NCBI GenBank assembly: GCA_965372365.1
Contig: CBDVCA010000003.1
Location: 1-54,874 of the forward strand
Direction of reading: 5' to 3'
Source of the DNA: an uncultured bacterium
Lineage (GTDB): Bacteria > Planctomycetota > Phycisphaerae > SM23-33 > FEN-1343
DNA: 54,874 bases
The position numbers were made by a program, and so were the translations under genes. The notes under the pieces were generated by a model. That model searched no databases and had not been told where the DNA came from. It saw only the letters and a list, made by a program, of their open reading frames with translations. Positions 42,981-52,004 of the stretch are shown here, piece by piece. The first letter of the stretch is position 1. Every line of letters begins with the position of its first letter.

Positions 42981-44831
42981 GTGAACACGATGCCCGAGCT
43001 ACCCGAAAACGTGCTGCAACGAACCCACACCTGCGGCGAACTTCGCAGTGAGCATGTCGGCCAGACCGTCCAACTGTGCGGCTGGGTCAGAAGCTACCGC
43101 GATCACGGCGGAGTCGTCTTCATCGACCTTCGCGACCGCCAAGGCGTCACGCAGATTCAGTTCGACCCCACCGACAATGCGGACCTGCACAAACTCGCCC
43201 GCTCGCTGCGGACCGAGTGGGTCGTCAGCATCGCCGGGCTCGTTCGGAGCCGCCCCGAAGGGATGCACAACCCCAAGATGGTCACCGGCGACGTCGAAAT
43301 CGTCGGCCAAAGGCTCATCGTCCTCAACAAGTCCGACACCGTCCCCTTCGAGCCCGACACCACCCAGAAGGTTGCCGAAGAGACGCGGCTGAAGTACCGC
43401 TTCGTCGATATCCGCCGCCCGGCGATGTCCGAAGCGCTTATCATGCGTCACAAGATCACCAAATGCATCCGCGACTACTACGACGCCAAGGGGTTCATCG
43501 ACGTCGAAACGCCCTTCCTCACCAAGAGCACCCCCGAAGGCGCCCGCGATTTCCTGGTGCCCAGTCGCATGCAGCAAGGCACGTTTTACGCCCTGCCGCA
43601 GAGCCCGCAGTTGTTCAAGCAGATGCTCATGGTGGCCGGCATGGAGCGGTACATGCAAATCGTCCGCTGCTTCCGCGATGAGGATCTTCGGGCCGACCGT
43701 CAGCCGGAGTTTACGCAAGTCGACGTGGAGATGAGCTTCGTCACACGCGACGACGTGATGAGCGTCAACGAGGGGGCCCTGCGGGCCGTCGCCAAGCTGT
43801 GCAACGTCCCCATCCCCGAAACCGTCACCGTGCTGACGTACGAAGAAGCGATGCGGGACTACGGTATCGACCGCCCCGACATGCGGTTCGATATGAAGCT
43901 CAAAGACATTACCGCGATGGTCGCCGACTCGGAGTTCAAGGTCTTCGCATCGGTCGTCGCGTCGGGGGGGATGGTCAAGGGCGTCACCGCCAAGGGCGGA
44001 GCCGCGTTCAGTCGCAAGGTGCTGGACAACTTGGTCGCCTTCGCCCAGACCTACGGCGCCAAGGGCATGGCGTGGTCGAAAGTGGCCGAAGACGGCTCGC
44101 TTAACGGCCCGGCCAGCAAGTTCTTCACCGGCGACAAGGCCGAGGCCCTCAAGGCCGCGATGGGCGCCGAAGTGGGCGACTGCATGATGTGGATCGCCGA
44201 TACCCCCGACACCACCAACAAGGTGCTGGCGGCCATCCGTTCCAAGCTCGGCGCCGACATGGAGCTCTACGGCCGCGACGCCTGGGCTTGGTGCTGGGTC
44301 GTCGACTTCCCCCTGCTGCTGTGGGACGAGGACGCCCAACGCTGGAACGCATGCCACCACCCGTTCACCGCCCCGACGGCCGAAGACCTGCACCTGCTGG
44401 AGACCGACCCCCAGAACGTCCGCTCCGACGCCTACGACCTGATCCTCAACGGCGTCGAGCTCGGCGGCGGGTCCATCCGTATCCACGACCAGGAAACGCA
44501 GAAGAAAGTCTTCGGCGCGCTCAATATCGGCGAAGAAGAAGCCCAGGCCAAGTTCGGATTCCTGCTGGACGCTCTGCGTTTCGGCGCCCCGCCCCACGGC
44601 GGCATCGCCTTCGGCCTCGACCGGATCGTGATGATGATGCTCCAACGCGACAACCTCCGCGAAGTCATCGCCTTCCCCAAGACCTCCTCGGGAGCCTGCC
44701 CGCTCACCGACGCCCCCTCCGCCGTCGACGATGGCCAACTGGCCGAGCTCGATATCCGAGTGATTACGCCCCCGGCCGCCGACAAAGACGTGCTGACGCC
44801 GGATAAACACGTGGATCATGGGGACAGATGA
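42981..44831 (+). CDS. aspS: Aspartate--tRNA ligase
   Basis: 616-aa ORF (GTG 42981 or ATG 42990). RTHTCGELR, GWV.SYRDHGGVVFIDLRDR, FRDEDLRADRQPEFTQVD and GGGSIRIHD are class II AspRS motifs. Confidence 0.95.
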   Translation: MNTMPELPENVLQRTHTCGELRSEHVGQTVQLCGWVRSYRDHGGVVFIDLRDRQGVTQIQFDPTDNADLHKLARSLRTEWVVSIAGLVRSRPEGMHNPKMVTGDVEIVGQRLIVLNKSDTVPFEPDTTQKVAEETRLKYRFVDIRRPAMSEALIMRHKITKCIRDYYDAKGFIDVETPFLTKSTPEGARDFLVPSRMQQGTFYALPQSPQLFKQMLMVAGMERYMQIVRCFRDEDLRADRQPEFTQVDVEMSFVTRDDVMSVNEGALRAVAKLCNVPIPETVTVLTYEEAMRDYGIDRPDMRFDMKLKDITAMVADSEFKVFASVVASGGMVKGVTAKGGAAFSRKVLDNLVAFAQTYGAKGMAWSKVAEDGSLNGPASKFFTGDKAEALKAAMGAEVGDCMMWIADTPDTTNKVLAAIRSKLGADMELYGRDAWAWCWVVDFPLLLWDEDAQRWNACHHPFTAPTAEDLHLLETDPQNVRSDAYDLILNGVELGGGSIRIHDQETQKKVFGALNIGEEEAQAKFGFLLDALRFGAPPHGGIAFGLDRIVMMMLQRDNLREVIAFPKTSSGACPLTDAPSAVDDGQLAELDIRVITPPAADKDVLTPDKHVDHGDR

Positions 44832-45023
44832 GAACGGCGAATATCCAATAGCCAACACGGAATTCTGAATATCCAAGTAACGGCAACAGCAACGACGACA
44901 GCGAACGACAACAGCAACGGCGACAGCGAACGGCCCCGATGTGCGACCGTTCGCTGTTGCCGTTCGCCGTTTTTACTTGGAAATTCGAAATTCCGTGTTG
45001 GATATTCTGCGGTTCGCCGTTTC
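44832..45023. repeat. ~190-bp imperfect palindrome between convergent aspS and the DUF434 gene (likely bidirectional terminator)
   Basis: Arms of ~60-70 nt (44832-44890 versus 44960-45023) with an inner stem GGCGACAGCGAACGG / CCGTTCGCTGTTGCC. Centre holds two ~24-nt tandem units CAACAGCAACG(A/G)CGACAGCGAACG. The right arm overlaps the last ~17 codons of the DUF434 gene. Confidence 0.7.
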
Positions 45024-45728
45024 GATGACCCAGGCGTTGGGCGCCAGAGTGCCGATGATGTGACGGGCCAGATTCGTCCATGCGGCGCAGCCGTCGAGGA
45101 TGACCGAGTCGCTGGTGACGACGATGCGGTCGGAGGCGAGGAGGAGTTTGTCGGGGTTGAAGGCGAGTTCGACGTCCCATGGCCAGCCATGCGTCGCGGC
45201 CAGGTGGAGCATCTTGCTGCGGAGGCGGCCGGAGTTGGAGACGGGGGAGTCGAGGTACCATAGAATGTCGCCGACGCCGAGCGATTCCAGTTCGCCGCCG
45301 ATCATCTCCAGGGCGGGGATCGTCTCGGCCATCGTGCGATAGCTGCCGTGGACGCCGGCGAGATCGCGGCGCGTTCGGTCGCGGCCGCCAAGGATCACGG
45401 CGCCGGCGAGGGCCGATTCGATCGTAATCAAGAGGTTGAACCCGTCGATGGCGAGATCGCCCCCGGCCAGGGCCGCCGCGTCGACGCACTTGGCCGAACG
45501 TTCGGCCAGCGCCTGATCGCTGCACGCCGACCGAGCCATCGCGAGCCGTTGCCGGCGGGTCAAGCCGTACCGATCGCCCACCAGTTTCACGCTCGACGGA
45601 GCCGCGTACCCCTTCGTCAGCAACCACGACAGATCGCCGACGGCCGCGCGAAGATCATTCACCGCCCCCGCGGCGAACAACTGTTCGTCTTTGGGATGGG
45701 CGCCGCGATGTTTGCGTTTGTCGGGCAT
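44973..45728 (-). CDS. DUF434-family protein with PIN/NYN-like C-terminal region
   Basis: ORF 44973..45800. ATG at 45728 gives MPDKRKHRGAHPKDEQLF...DLSWLLTKGYAAPSSVKLVGDRYGLTRRQR, typical of DUF434. Confidence 0.65.
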   Translation of the reverse strand: MPDKRKHRGAHPKDEQLFAAGAVNDLRAAVGDLSWLLTKGYAAPSSVKLVGDRYGLTRRQRLAMARSACSDQALAERSAKCVDAAALAGGDLAIDGFNLLITIESALAGAVILGGRDRTRRDLAGVHGSYRTMAETIPALEMIGGELESLGVGDILWYLDSPVSNSGRLRSKMLHLAATHGWPWDVELAFNPDKLLLASDRIVVTSDSVILDGCAAWTNLARHIIGTLAPNAWVIETANRRISNTEFRISK

Positions 45729-45802
45729 AGGATAGAGCCTTGACGAGCGCCGGAGAACCGGCGCCGCCGATTGGAAACCCCTGGCCTGACACAGTGACAC
45801 CG

Positions 45803-46024
45803 CTATCGGTCGAAGTCGCTTCGCGGCAACCGGCTCTGGCGAACGATCGACGCCAGCGTACCAATACGCAGTTCCTTGTGGTCAGGGACGACAACCGTGA
45901 TCGTGGAACCGTCGGCAGGCTTCTGCATGACAACGTGACTCCCCCGCCTTCGCACTTCCCCAAAGCCGTGGTCGGCGAGAATCGCCATAACCTGTTGGCC
46001 CGATAGAGGGCCCAGTCTAGCCAA
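45803..46024 (-). CDS. hicA: HicA-family mRNA interferase toxin
   Basis: 73-aa ORF. LSGQQVMAILADHGFGEVRRRGSHVVMQKP...TVVVPDHKELRIGTLASIVRQ matches HicA/YcfA. Overlaps hicB by 8 nt. Confidence 0.85.
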   Translation of the reverse strand: MARLGPLSGQQVMAILADHGFGEVRRRGSHVVMQKPADGSTITVVVPDHKELRIGTLASIVRQSRLPRSDFDR

Positions 46025-46241
46025 TGTTGACCTCCAACTCGCTCACGATGGTCTCGGCGTCCAGCCGCTCGCGAACCTCCTGCTCGCCGGCTGTTCCCAG
46101 AAACAGTTCGACGGCCTCCTTGAGGTTCTGTTTCGCCTGCTCCGGCGTGTCTCCCTGACTGGCCACGTCCAACTCAGGGCACAAGGCCGTCCACCCGTCG
46201 GGTTCCTTCTGCATCAACGCCCTGAAGATTCGTTTCGCCAT
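46017..46241 (-). CDS. hicB: HicB-family antitoxin (short, UPF0150-type)
   Basis: 74-aa ORF. FRALMQKEPDGWTALCPELDVASQGDTPEQAKQNLKEAVELFL is the HicB N-terminal fold. GGAGAA SD. Confidence 0.8.
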   Translation of the reverse strand: MAKRIFRALMQKEPDGWTALCPELDVASQGDTPEQAKQNLKEAVELFLGTAGEQEVRERLDAETIVSELEVNIG

Positions 46242-46261
46242 TTCGTTCTCCTACAGATCGC

Positions 46262-46305
46262 ATACGATTATACCGTGGCGCCCCCGGCAAACGACACAAT
46301 TCATC
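46262..46305 (-). promoter_or_regulatory. Promoter/operator block upstream of hicBA (copy 1 of 2)
   Basis: Minus strand reads GATGAATTGTGTCGTTTGCCGGGGGCGCCACGGTATAATCGTAT, with TATAAT ~25 nt upstream of the hicB ATG. Near-identical block at 46492..46535. Confidence 0.55.
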
Positions 46306-46474
46306 TCTTCAGCCTTTGGGCGGCCTGCTCGTGAGACATCCCTTTACCGCTACGAATCTCGCTCTCGCCATGGGAGAACTTGGCTCTCACGTAAAGGGCG
46401 TGAATGATATCGTCCAGACTCACGTCAGCCGGCAACGCATCGATAACGCTCTTGGCCAGTTTCTTTACCGTCAT
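46301..46474 (-). CDS. Orphan antitoxin-like mini-protein (57 aa, below the ORF-track cutoff)
   Basis: Hand translation: MTVKKLAKSVIDALPADVSLDDIIHALYVRAKFSHGESEIRSGKGMSHEQAAQRLKR. AAAGGA SD. Resembles small antitoxin-type proteins of addiction modules, with no adjacent toxin ORF. Confidence 0.45.
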   Translation of the reverse strand: MTVKKLAKSVIDALPADVSLDDIIHALYVRAKFSHGESEIRSGKGMSHEQAAQRLKR

Positions 46475-46491
46475 GGATCACATCCTTTCGC

Positions 46492-46535
46492 ATGCAATTA
46501 TACCGCGTCGTCCCCGGCAAACGACACAATTCATC
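46492..46535 (-). promoter_or_regulatory. Promoter/operator block upstream of the 57-aa ORF (copy 2 of 2)
   Basis: Minus strand reads GATGAATTGTGTCGTTTGCCGGGGACGACGCGGTATAATTGCAT. Five mismatches to copy 1, at a 230-bp offset. Confidence 0.55.
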
Positions 46536-46682
46536 CCCGCCGGACGACGCGCCGTCAGCCAGGCGGCGGCGCCGATCATCTGCGTTGTTGACGCCTCCTT
46601 GATTGGGGGGTACCTTCATTTCCGAGCGGCCGGGCGCACGGGGTGTGGGCTTGGTAACGGCTCCATGGAGGCATCGAGATTC

Positions 46683-48128
46683 ATGCCCACAATGATCAAG
46701 ACCAAGATCGTCGCCACCGTCGGACCGGCCACGCGAGGTGTCACGGAGTTGACCAAGCTGATCAAGGCCGGGGTGGACGTGTTCCGGATCAACTTCTCGC
46801 ACGGAACCATCGACGAGCACGACGAAATGCTCACCAATATCCGCGCCGCGTCGAAGAAGCTCGGCGCCCCTCTGGCGGTGATGGCCGATCTGTGCGGACC
46901 GAAGATCCGCGTCGGCCAGATCGAAGGCGGCGGCGTCCTGCTCGCTGAGGGGAATCGGCTGATCATCCAGCGGAAGCCCGTGGTCGGCACGGCCGAGCGG
47001 ATCTCCACCACGCTGGCCGAACTGATCGACGACGTGAGGGTAGGACAGCGAATTCTGATGGACGATGGAAAGCTGGAACTGAAGATCATCGAACGAAAGC
47101 CGCCGAACCGGATCGTCTGCCAAGTGGTCGTCGGCGGGATTCTGGGCTCGGGCAAGGGGGTCAACCTGCCGCAGACGAGTCTGAAACTGTCGGCCTTGAC
47201 TGAGAAGGACCACAAGGACGCCGCGTGGATCGCCAAGCACGACTTCGACTACGTGGCGCTGTCGTTCGTGCAGCGTGCGGCCGACATTCGGGCGTTGCGG
47301 CGGATTCTCGACAAGGCCAAGAGCGAGGCGCGGATCATCGCCAAGATCGAGAAGCCCCAGGCGATGAAGAATATCGATACGATCCTCAAAGCCGCCGACG
47401 CCCTGCTCGTCGCTCGCGGCGACCTCGGCGTCGAGATGCCGATGCCCGAGGTGCCTATCGCCCAGAAACAACTGGTCGCCCTGTGCGAGCAGGCGGGCAA
47501 GCCGTGCATCGTGGCCACGCAAATGCTCGAGACGATGACCACTAGCCCCACGCCCACGCGGGCCGAAGTCTCCGACGTGGCCAACGCCGTCTTCGACGGA
47601 GCCGACGCGGTGATGCTCTCGGGGGAGACGGCCGTCGGAAAGTACCCCGTCAAGGCCGTGACCATGATGAACAGCATCGCCCTTCGCGTCGAGCGACACC
47701 TCGCGACGATCGATCACTCGCAATCGCACCGGCGCTTCAGCGATCTCCGCGAGGCCAGAACCTTCACCGGCCCGACCGCCGCGATCGCTCGTGCGGTCCA
47801 CACCCTGGTGGCCCACGAGGATATCAAGGCCGTCGTCGCCTACACGCTGACCGGCGACACCGCGTTGAAACTGGCCAAGATGCGTCTTTCGGCGCCGGTA
47901 CTGGCCCTGACGCCCAACCGAAGAGTCGTTCAGCAGGCGGCGCTGTATTACGGCGTCCGGCCCGGCCACGCCGACATGGTCGAGCACACCCGCGACGTCC
48001 TCTCCCAAGCGGCCAAACACGTTCGCCGCCTCCGCTGGGCCTCCAAGGGCCAGAAGATCGTCGTCGTCTCCGGCCGACCCCTCGGCAAGGGCGGACTCAC
48101 CAATACGCTGGTGGTGCATACGGTGTGA
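46683..48128 (+). CDS. pyk: Pyruvate kinase
   Basis: ORF 46404..48128. Likely start at ATG 46683 (MPTMIKTKIVATVGPAT; alternatives 46665, 46692). FRINFSHG, MADLCGPKIR, IAKIEKPQA, VARGDLGVE and MLSGETAVGKYP motifs. Confidence 0.93.
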   Translation: MPTMIKTKIVATVGPATRGVTELTKLIKAGVDVFRINFSHGTIDEHDEMLTNIRAASKKLGAPLAVMADLCGPKIRVGQIEGGGVLLAEGNRLIIQRKPVVGTAERISTTLAELIDDVRVGQRILMDDGKLELKIIERKPPNRIVCQVVVGGILGSGKGVNLPQTSLKLSALTEKDHKDAAWIAKHDFDYVALSFVQRAADIRALRRILDKAKSEARIIAKIEKPQAMKNIDTILKAADALLVARGDLGVEMPMPEVPIAQKQLVALCEQAGKPCIVATQMLETMTTSPTPTRAEVSDVANAVFDGADAVMLSGETAVGKYPVKAVTMMNSIALRVERHLATIDHSQSHRRFSDLREARTFTGPTAAIARAVHTLVAHEDIKAVVAYTLTGDTALKLAKMRLSAPVLALTPNRRVVQQAALYYGVRPGHADMVEHTRDVLSQAAKHVRRLRWASKGQKIVVVSGRPLGKGGLTNTLVVHTV

Positions 48129-48131
48129 TGG

Positions 48132-48162
48132 ATTGACGATTTTCAATTTCCAATTGACGATT
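48132..48162 (+). promoter_or_regulatory. Direct repeat of ATTGACGATT with 21-bp phasing
   Basis: ATTGACGATT at 48132-48141 and 48153-48162, starting 4 nt after the pyk stop. The same ATTGACGATTGCAA word occurs on the minus strand at 21529-21542, just after the SpoIID stop. Confidence 0.3.
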
Positions 48163-48257
48163 GCAACGAACCGATCAAGACGGTCACGATCGGGGACATC
48201 GATATCGTCGGCGCCGAGTGCGTTATCCTGTTGGCCGCGAGCGAGACACTACCGACG

Positions 48258-48899
48258 ATGGCTCTTGAGGACATCCCCCTACCGGACGACCCGACACCCC
48301 TCCCCCCCGACGCCGCGGCTCTGGTCGCCGAGGCCGAGCGGCGGGTCCGCGAGTACCTGTCGGCGGCCAGAGATGAACCGGTCACCGGATTCGTCCCCAG
48401 CGATTTCGCCATGGTGTACCGGGCCCTTGTCGGTATCGAGACCGGTCACCTGGCGCCCGGGACGGCGCTATGTGAATGGGGCAGCGGGCTGGGAGGCGTC
48501 GCCTGCTTGGCGGCCGTGGCCGGGTTCGACGCGATCGGTATCGAGATCAATGGCGAGTTGGTCGAACACGCCGAGCAACTGGCCGCCGACTTCGAGCTGC
48601 CCGTCGAGTTCGTCCACGGCACCTTCATCCCGACCGGAGCCGACGCCGTCGCCGACACCGTCGCCGATTCGGCCTGGCTGGCCATGGGCGGAGCCGACGC
48701 CTACGAGGAGATCGGGCTCGACCCCGACGATTTCGACGTGATCTTCGCCTACCCCTGGCCCGGCGAGCAGGAAATCGTCGACGACCTCTTCGACCGCTGC
48801 GCCGCCACCGGCGCCCTGCTGCTTACCTACAACGGGATGGAAGGGATGCGACTGCGGCGCAAGACGGCGCCGCACGATGAACAAGGAGATTGGCAGTGA
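48258..48899 (+). CDS. Putative class I SAM-dependent methyltransferase
   Basis: ORF 48231..48899 (ATG at 48258). LCEWGSGLGGVACLAAVAGFDAIGIEIN resembles motif I plus the acidic post-I residue. Weak assignment. Confidence 0.5.
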   Translation: MALEDIPLPDDPTPLPPDAAALVAEAERRVREYLSAARDEPVTGFVPSDFAMVYRALVGIETGHLAPGTALCEWGSGLGGVACLAAVAGFDAIGIEINGELVEHAEQLAADFELPVEFVHGTFIPTGADAVADTVADSAWLAMGGADAYEEIGLDPDDFDVIFAYPWPGEQEIVDDLFDRCAATGALLLTYNGMEGMRLRRKTAPHDEQGDWQ

Positions 48900-49615
48900 A
48901 CCCGAATCTTGACCACCAAGTCGCCCTCGTCACCGGCGCCGGACGCGGCATCGGGCGAACCCTCGCGCTGGCCCTGGCCGAACAAGGCGCCACCGTAGCG
49001 GCCGCGGCCAGAACCGAATCGCAATTGCAATCGCTCGCCGACGAGGCCCCCGACGGCCGAATCGTCCCGATCCCGACCGACCTGGCCGACGCCGACGGCG
49101 TCGCCGCCCTCTTCGCGACCGTCGCCCGGCAATGCGGCCGGCTCGACATCCTCGTCAACAACGCCGGGCTCGGCCTGTACGGCAAAATCGCCGACATGCC
49201 CATCGAACAATTCGACCAAGTCGTCGCCGTCAATCTTCGCGGCCTGTTTCTCTGCTGCCAGCAAGCCATGCGGCTGATGACGCCCCAGCGCAGCGGGTAC
49301 ATCATCAACATCTCTTCGGTCGTCGGCATCAAGGGCTATCCCAACCAGGGCGCCTACACCGCCACCAAACACGCCGTGATGGGCCTGACCAAAACCCTCG
49401 CCGTCGAAGCCGCCGACCACGACATTCGCGTCAGCGCCATCCTCCCCGGCGGCGTCGACACCGAAATGGTCGCCCAAGCCCGCCCCGACCTCGACCGATC
49501 CATCCTCATCCAAACCGAAGACATCGCCACGACTGTACTCTACCTGCTCAGCCTCTCCAACCGGGCGCACGTCGACCAGATCTACATCCGAAGGCGCACG
49601 GGACAGCCGTTCTAG
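48896..49615 (+). CDS. Short-chain dehydrogenase/reductase (SDR)
   Basis: VALVTGAGRGIGRTLA, NNAG and YTATKHAV (YxxxK) motifs. GTG at 48896 overlaps the upstream stop (GTGA). The tracked alternative start is 48890. Confidence 0.88.
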   Translation: MNPNLDHQVALVTGAGRGIGRTLALALAEQGATVAAAARTESQLQSLADEAPDGRIVPIPTDLADADGVAALFATVARQCGRLDILVNNAGLGLYGKIADMPIEQFDQVVAVNLRGLFLCCQQAMRLMTPQRSGYIINISSVVGIKGYPNQGAYTATKHAVMGLTKTLAVEAADHDIRVSAILPGGVDTEMVAQARPDLDRSILIQTEDIATTVLYLLSLSNRAHVDQIYIRRRTGQPF

Positions 49616-49686
49616 CAAAACGGCCTGAAACTGACTACTCTGCCGACGGGCCCTCTCTGATCGCCTCCGATTGCGACGGGCATCGA

Positions 49687-50181
49687 TCAAAACCCGTCCA
49701 TGAACGTCACGTCGCCGGTGTCGGTATCCAGCATCGCCGCCGAATGGGGGTTGGCCCGATGGATGGCCCCGGGGTTGATCACGGTGACCGCCCCCAGTCG
49801 GGTCAGCCTTCGCTGGTGGGTGTGGCCGCAGCAGACGAAGGCGAATTGCTCACCGGCGAGCAGTTCGGCCAGCAACCGATCGTCGTCGCCGTGGGTGGCC
49901 GTCAGCAGCCTCCCGTCGCCGAGTTCGACTTCGACGGTCCGCCACCCGAACGTCACGCCGGCCCCGGCCGCCGCGTCGGCCAGATGGGGAGAATGGCGAT
50001 CCATATTGCCGGCGACCGCGTACGCCGCGGCTCCGGCGTCACCCAGAACGGTAAGGCTCTCGGACCCTTCAAGGTCGCCGCAATGCACAATCGCCGCCGC
50101 TCCGCGTTCAACGAGCATGCGAACCGCCCGCTCCAGGCGCCGCGTCTTTCCGTGCGAGTCGCTAACAATTCCAATCTTCAT
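49687..50181 (-). CDS. YfcE/MJ0936-family metallophosphoesterase
   Basis: MKIGIVSDSHG, HCGDL, GNMD and CCGHTH motifs. The second ATG (50181) is best spaced from GGAG. Confidence 0.85.
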   Translation of the reverse strand: MKIGIVSDSHGKTRRLERAVRMLVERGAAAIVHCGDLEGSESLTVLGDAGAAAYAVAGNMDRHSPHLADAAAGAGVTFGWRTVEVELGDGRLLTATHGDDDRLLAELLAGEQFAFVCCGHTHQRRLTRLGAVTVINPGAIHRANPHSAAMLDTDTGDVTFMDGF

Positions 50182-50254
50182 CATGCACTCCAATGAATTC
50201 GATGCGTCCAGCATACCACATCGGGGGCGAAAACGGAGCGAACGGCCAACGATC

Positions 50255-50430
50255 TGCCTTTACTAGCCCCCTGCACTGCAGGGGGTCGCTGGACCGATGG
50301 TGCTCCCGCTGTAGACTCGATGTCAATCGGAGGGAAGGGGAAGCTCTATCTATGTGCGATGGGTTCACACGTCATAGGATAGCTTCACACGTCTCTTGAC
50401 CCCCTGCACTGCAGGGGGCTAGTAACGGCA
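50255..50430. mobile_element. MITE-like element, copy 2
   Basis: TIRs TGCCTTTACTAGCCCCCTGCACTGCAGGGGG (50255-50285) and CCCCCTGCACTGCAGGGGGCTAGTAACGGCA (50400-50430) around a 114-bp core. The left part of the core is homologous to copy 1. Confidence 0.7.
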
Positions 50431-50525
50431 GGCACTCGTCAGACCCACTCCCCGATCATCCGTCATGGCCCAAATCCATCGGGACGCCCTTGGCGAACGG
50501 GCTGATCTCCGATACACTGGTTCGA

Positions 50526-50837
50526 ATGTCGGCATGGACGGATGAGCCGCTGGACGAGCGGGAGTTTCCCGATGACGAGGACCTGATCGACGCTGAGGAT
50601 GAGGCGCCGGGGTCCATCACGCCCTGCCCTCACTGCGGGTGCGGCATGTACGAAGACGCTCCCCAGTGCCCCAAGTGCCGTCAGTGGGTCTCCGACGCGA
50701 CGGGGCAGTGGCGCCGGTCGGGCAAGTGGTACGTTCGAGGCGGACTGTGGCTGACCCGCACGCTGCTGTTGAACTGGCTTTTCTGGATCGGCTCGACCGC
50801 CCTGGCGGCTCTGGCCTGGTGGCTCGGACGCAGATAG
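50526..50837 (+). CDS. Small zinc-ribbon membrane protein
   Basis: ORF 50490..50837 (TTG) with ATG at 50526. CPHCGCGMYEDAPQCPKCRQW (CxxC...CxxC), then a hydrophobic C-terminus LLLNWLFWIGSTALAALAWWL. Confidence 0.55.
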   Translation: MSAWTDEPLDEREFPDDEDLIDAEDEAPGSITPCPHCGCGMYEDAPQCPKCRQWVSDATGQWRRSGKWYVRGGLWLTRTLLLNWLFWIGSTALAALAWWLGRR

Positions 50838-50900
50838 GCAAACCCGACCCACACGGCGGACAAGCGACTCAGGTTGTAGGTGAAAGGATCCACGCGACCG

Positions 50901-51779
50901 ATGAACAACCGGACCGACCAAACCGATCCGCTCCAGAGCGGTCCTCAGGACTGCGGCACGTTCTTCCTCGACGCCGTCGGCCCCTACTCTCGCGACCGGG
51001 TGACCGTCACCTGGAGCGACGAGACGCGGCCGACGACCGAGCAGATCGAGCAGTTCATCGAGACCTTCTGGCGCCGGCTGACCGACGCGGCCAAAACCGA
51101 CGACACCATCCTGTTCAACGGCCCTCTGTGCCGCCTGGTCGACTACCAGGTCGCCCCCGACCGCCTCTCGCTGACGCTGGGTCCGACCGATTATCGAACG
51201 TTCATCGGCACCAACCTTCACAACGCCCACCTTCGCTACTCGCACGGCCCCGAAATGCTGGCCAACCCCGTGGGCGTCTCGGCGGTGGTCATCACCCGAG
51301 GCGATTACATCGTCATGGGCCGTCGCAGCCGGAAAGTGGCCTACCACGCCGAGCGAATCCACCCCGCCGGCGGGTGCGTCGAACCGCCAACCGGCGACGA
51401 CCGCCGCCCCGACCCGTTCGCCACGGTCGTCACCGAGTTGAACGAGGAATTGGGGCTCACCGCAGACCAAGTGTCGCATTCGATTTGCCTGGGGCTGATT
51501 CGAGACAAGCACATTGTGCAGCCGGAGTTGATCTTCGACGTTTCGGTCGATGCGACCGTCGACGAGATCCGCACCGCCCGACACTCGGCGACCAGCGAAG
51601 ACGAGCACTCCGAACTGCTGGTCCTGCGCGACCATCCCGCCGGCGTGGTGGCCTTCATGGAAATGCACGCCGCGGCGTTGACCCCGGTGGCCATGGCCAG
51701 CCTGCTGCTGCACGGCCTGCACCACTGGGGCGGCGGCTGGTTCGCCTCCACGCGAGGGTACTTGAGGAGCCTGATCTGA
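50901..51779 (+). CDS. Nudix-hydrolase-like protein
   Basis: ORF 50880..51779 (GTG) with ATG at 50901. GGCVEPPTGDDRRPDPFATVVTELNEELGL approximates the Nudix box GX5EX7REUXEEXGU. Confidence 0.6.
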   Translation: MNNRTDQTDPLQSGPQDCGTFFLDAVGPYSRDRVTVTWSDETRPTTEQIEQFIETFWRRLTDAAKTDDTILFNGPLCRLVDYQVAPDRLSLTLGPTDYRTFIGTNLHNAHLRYSHGPEMLANPVGVSAVVITRGDYIVMGRRSRKVAYHAERIHPAGGCVEPPTGDDRRPDPFATVVTELNEELGLTADQVSHSICLGLIRDKHIVQPELIFDVSVDATVDEIRTARHSATSEDEHSELLVLRDHPAGVVAFMEMHAAALTPVAMASLLLHGLHHWGGGWFASTRGYLRSLI

Positions 51780-52004
51780 AGGAGAGGCCTGGCTCCTCGC
51801 GGTCTTTTTTTTCAAGAATCGCGCCTTTGAGAAGGCAGATTCCAACAGAAGCCCCCCGAAGCGTCCGATGTAGCTGATATAATGCGTCGAAGGCATTGAC
51901 AGGGGTATATCTCCGAGGTACAAGGAACGCTTTATTTTACGGGGAGTTCTCGGAGACGTTGTGCGACATGGATGGCGACAACTTGAAAGCGGGGATGAAC
52001 TGAC

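Noticed and set aside
46404-46682. The 93-codon N-terminal extension of pyruvate kinase in the ORF track.
   Set aside because: It overlaps the minus-strand mini-gene and promoter block. Pyk homology begins at MPTMIKTKIVATVGP.
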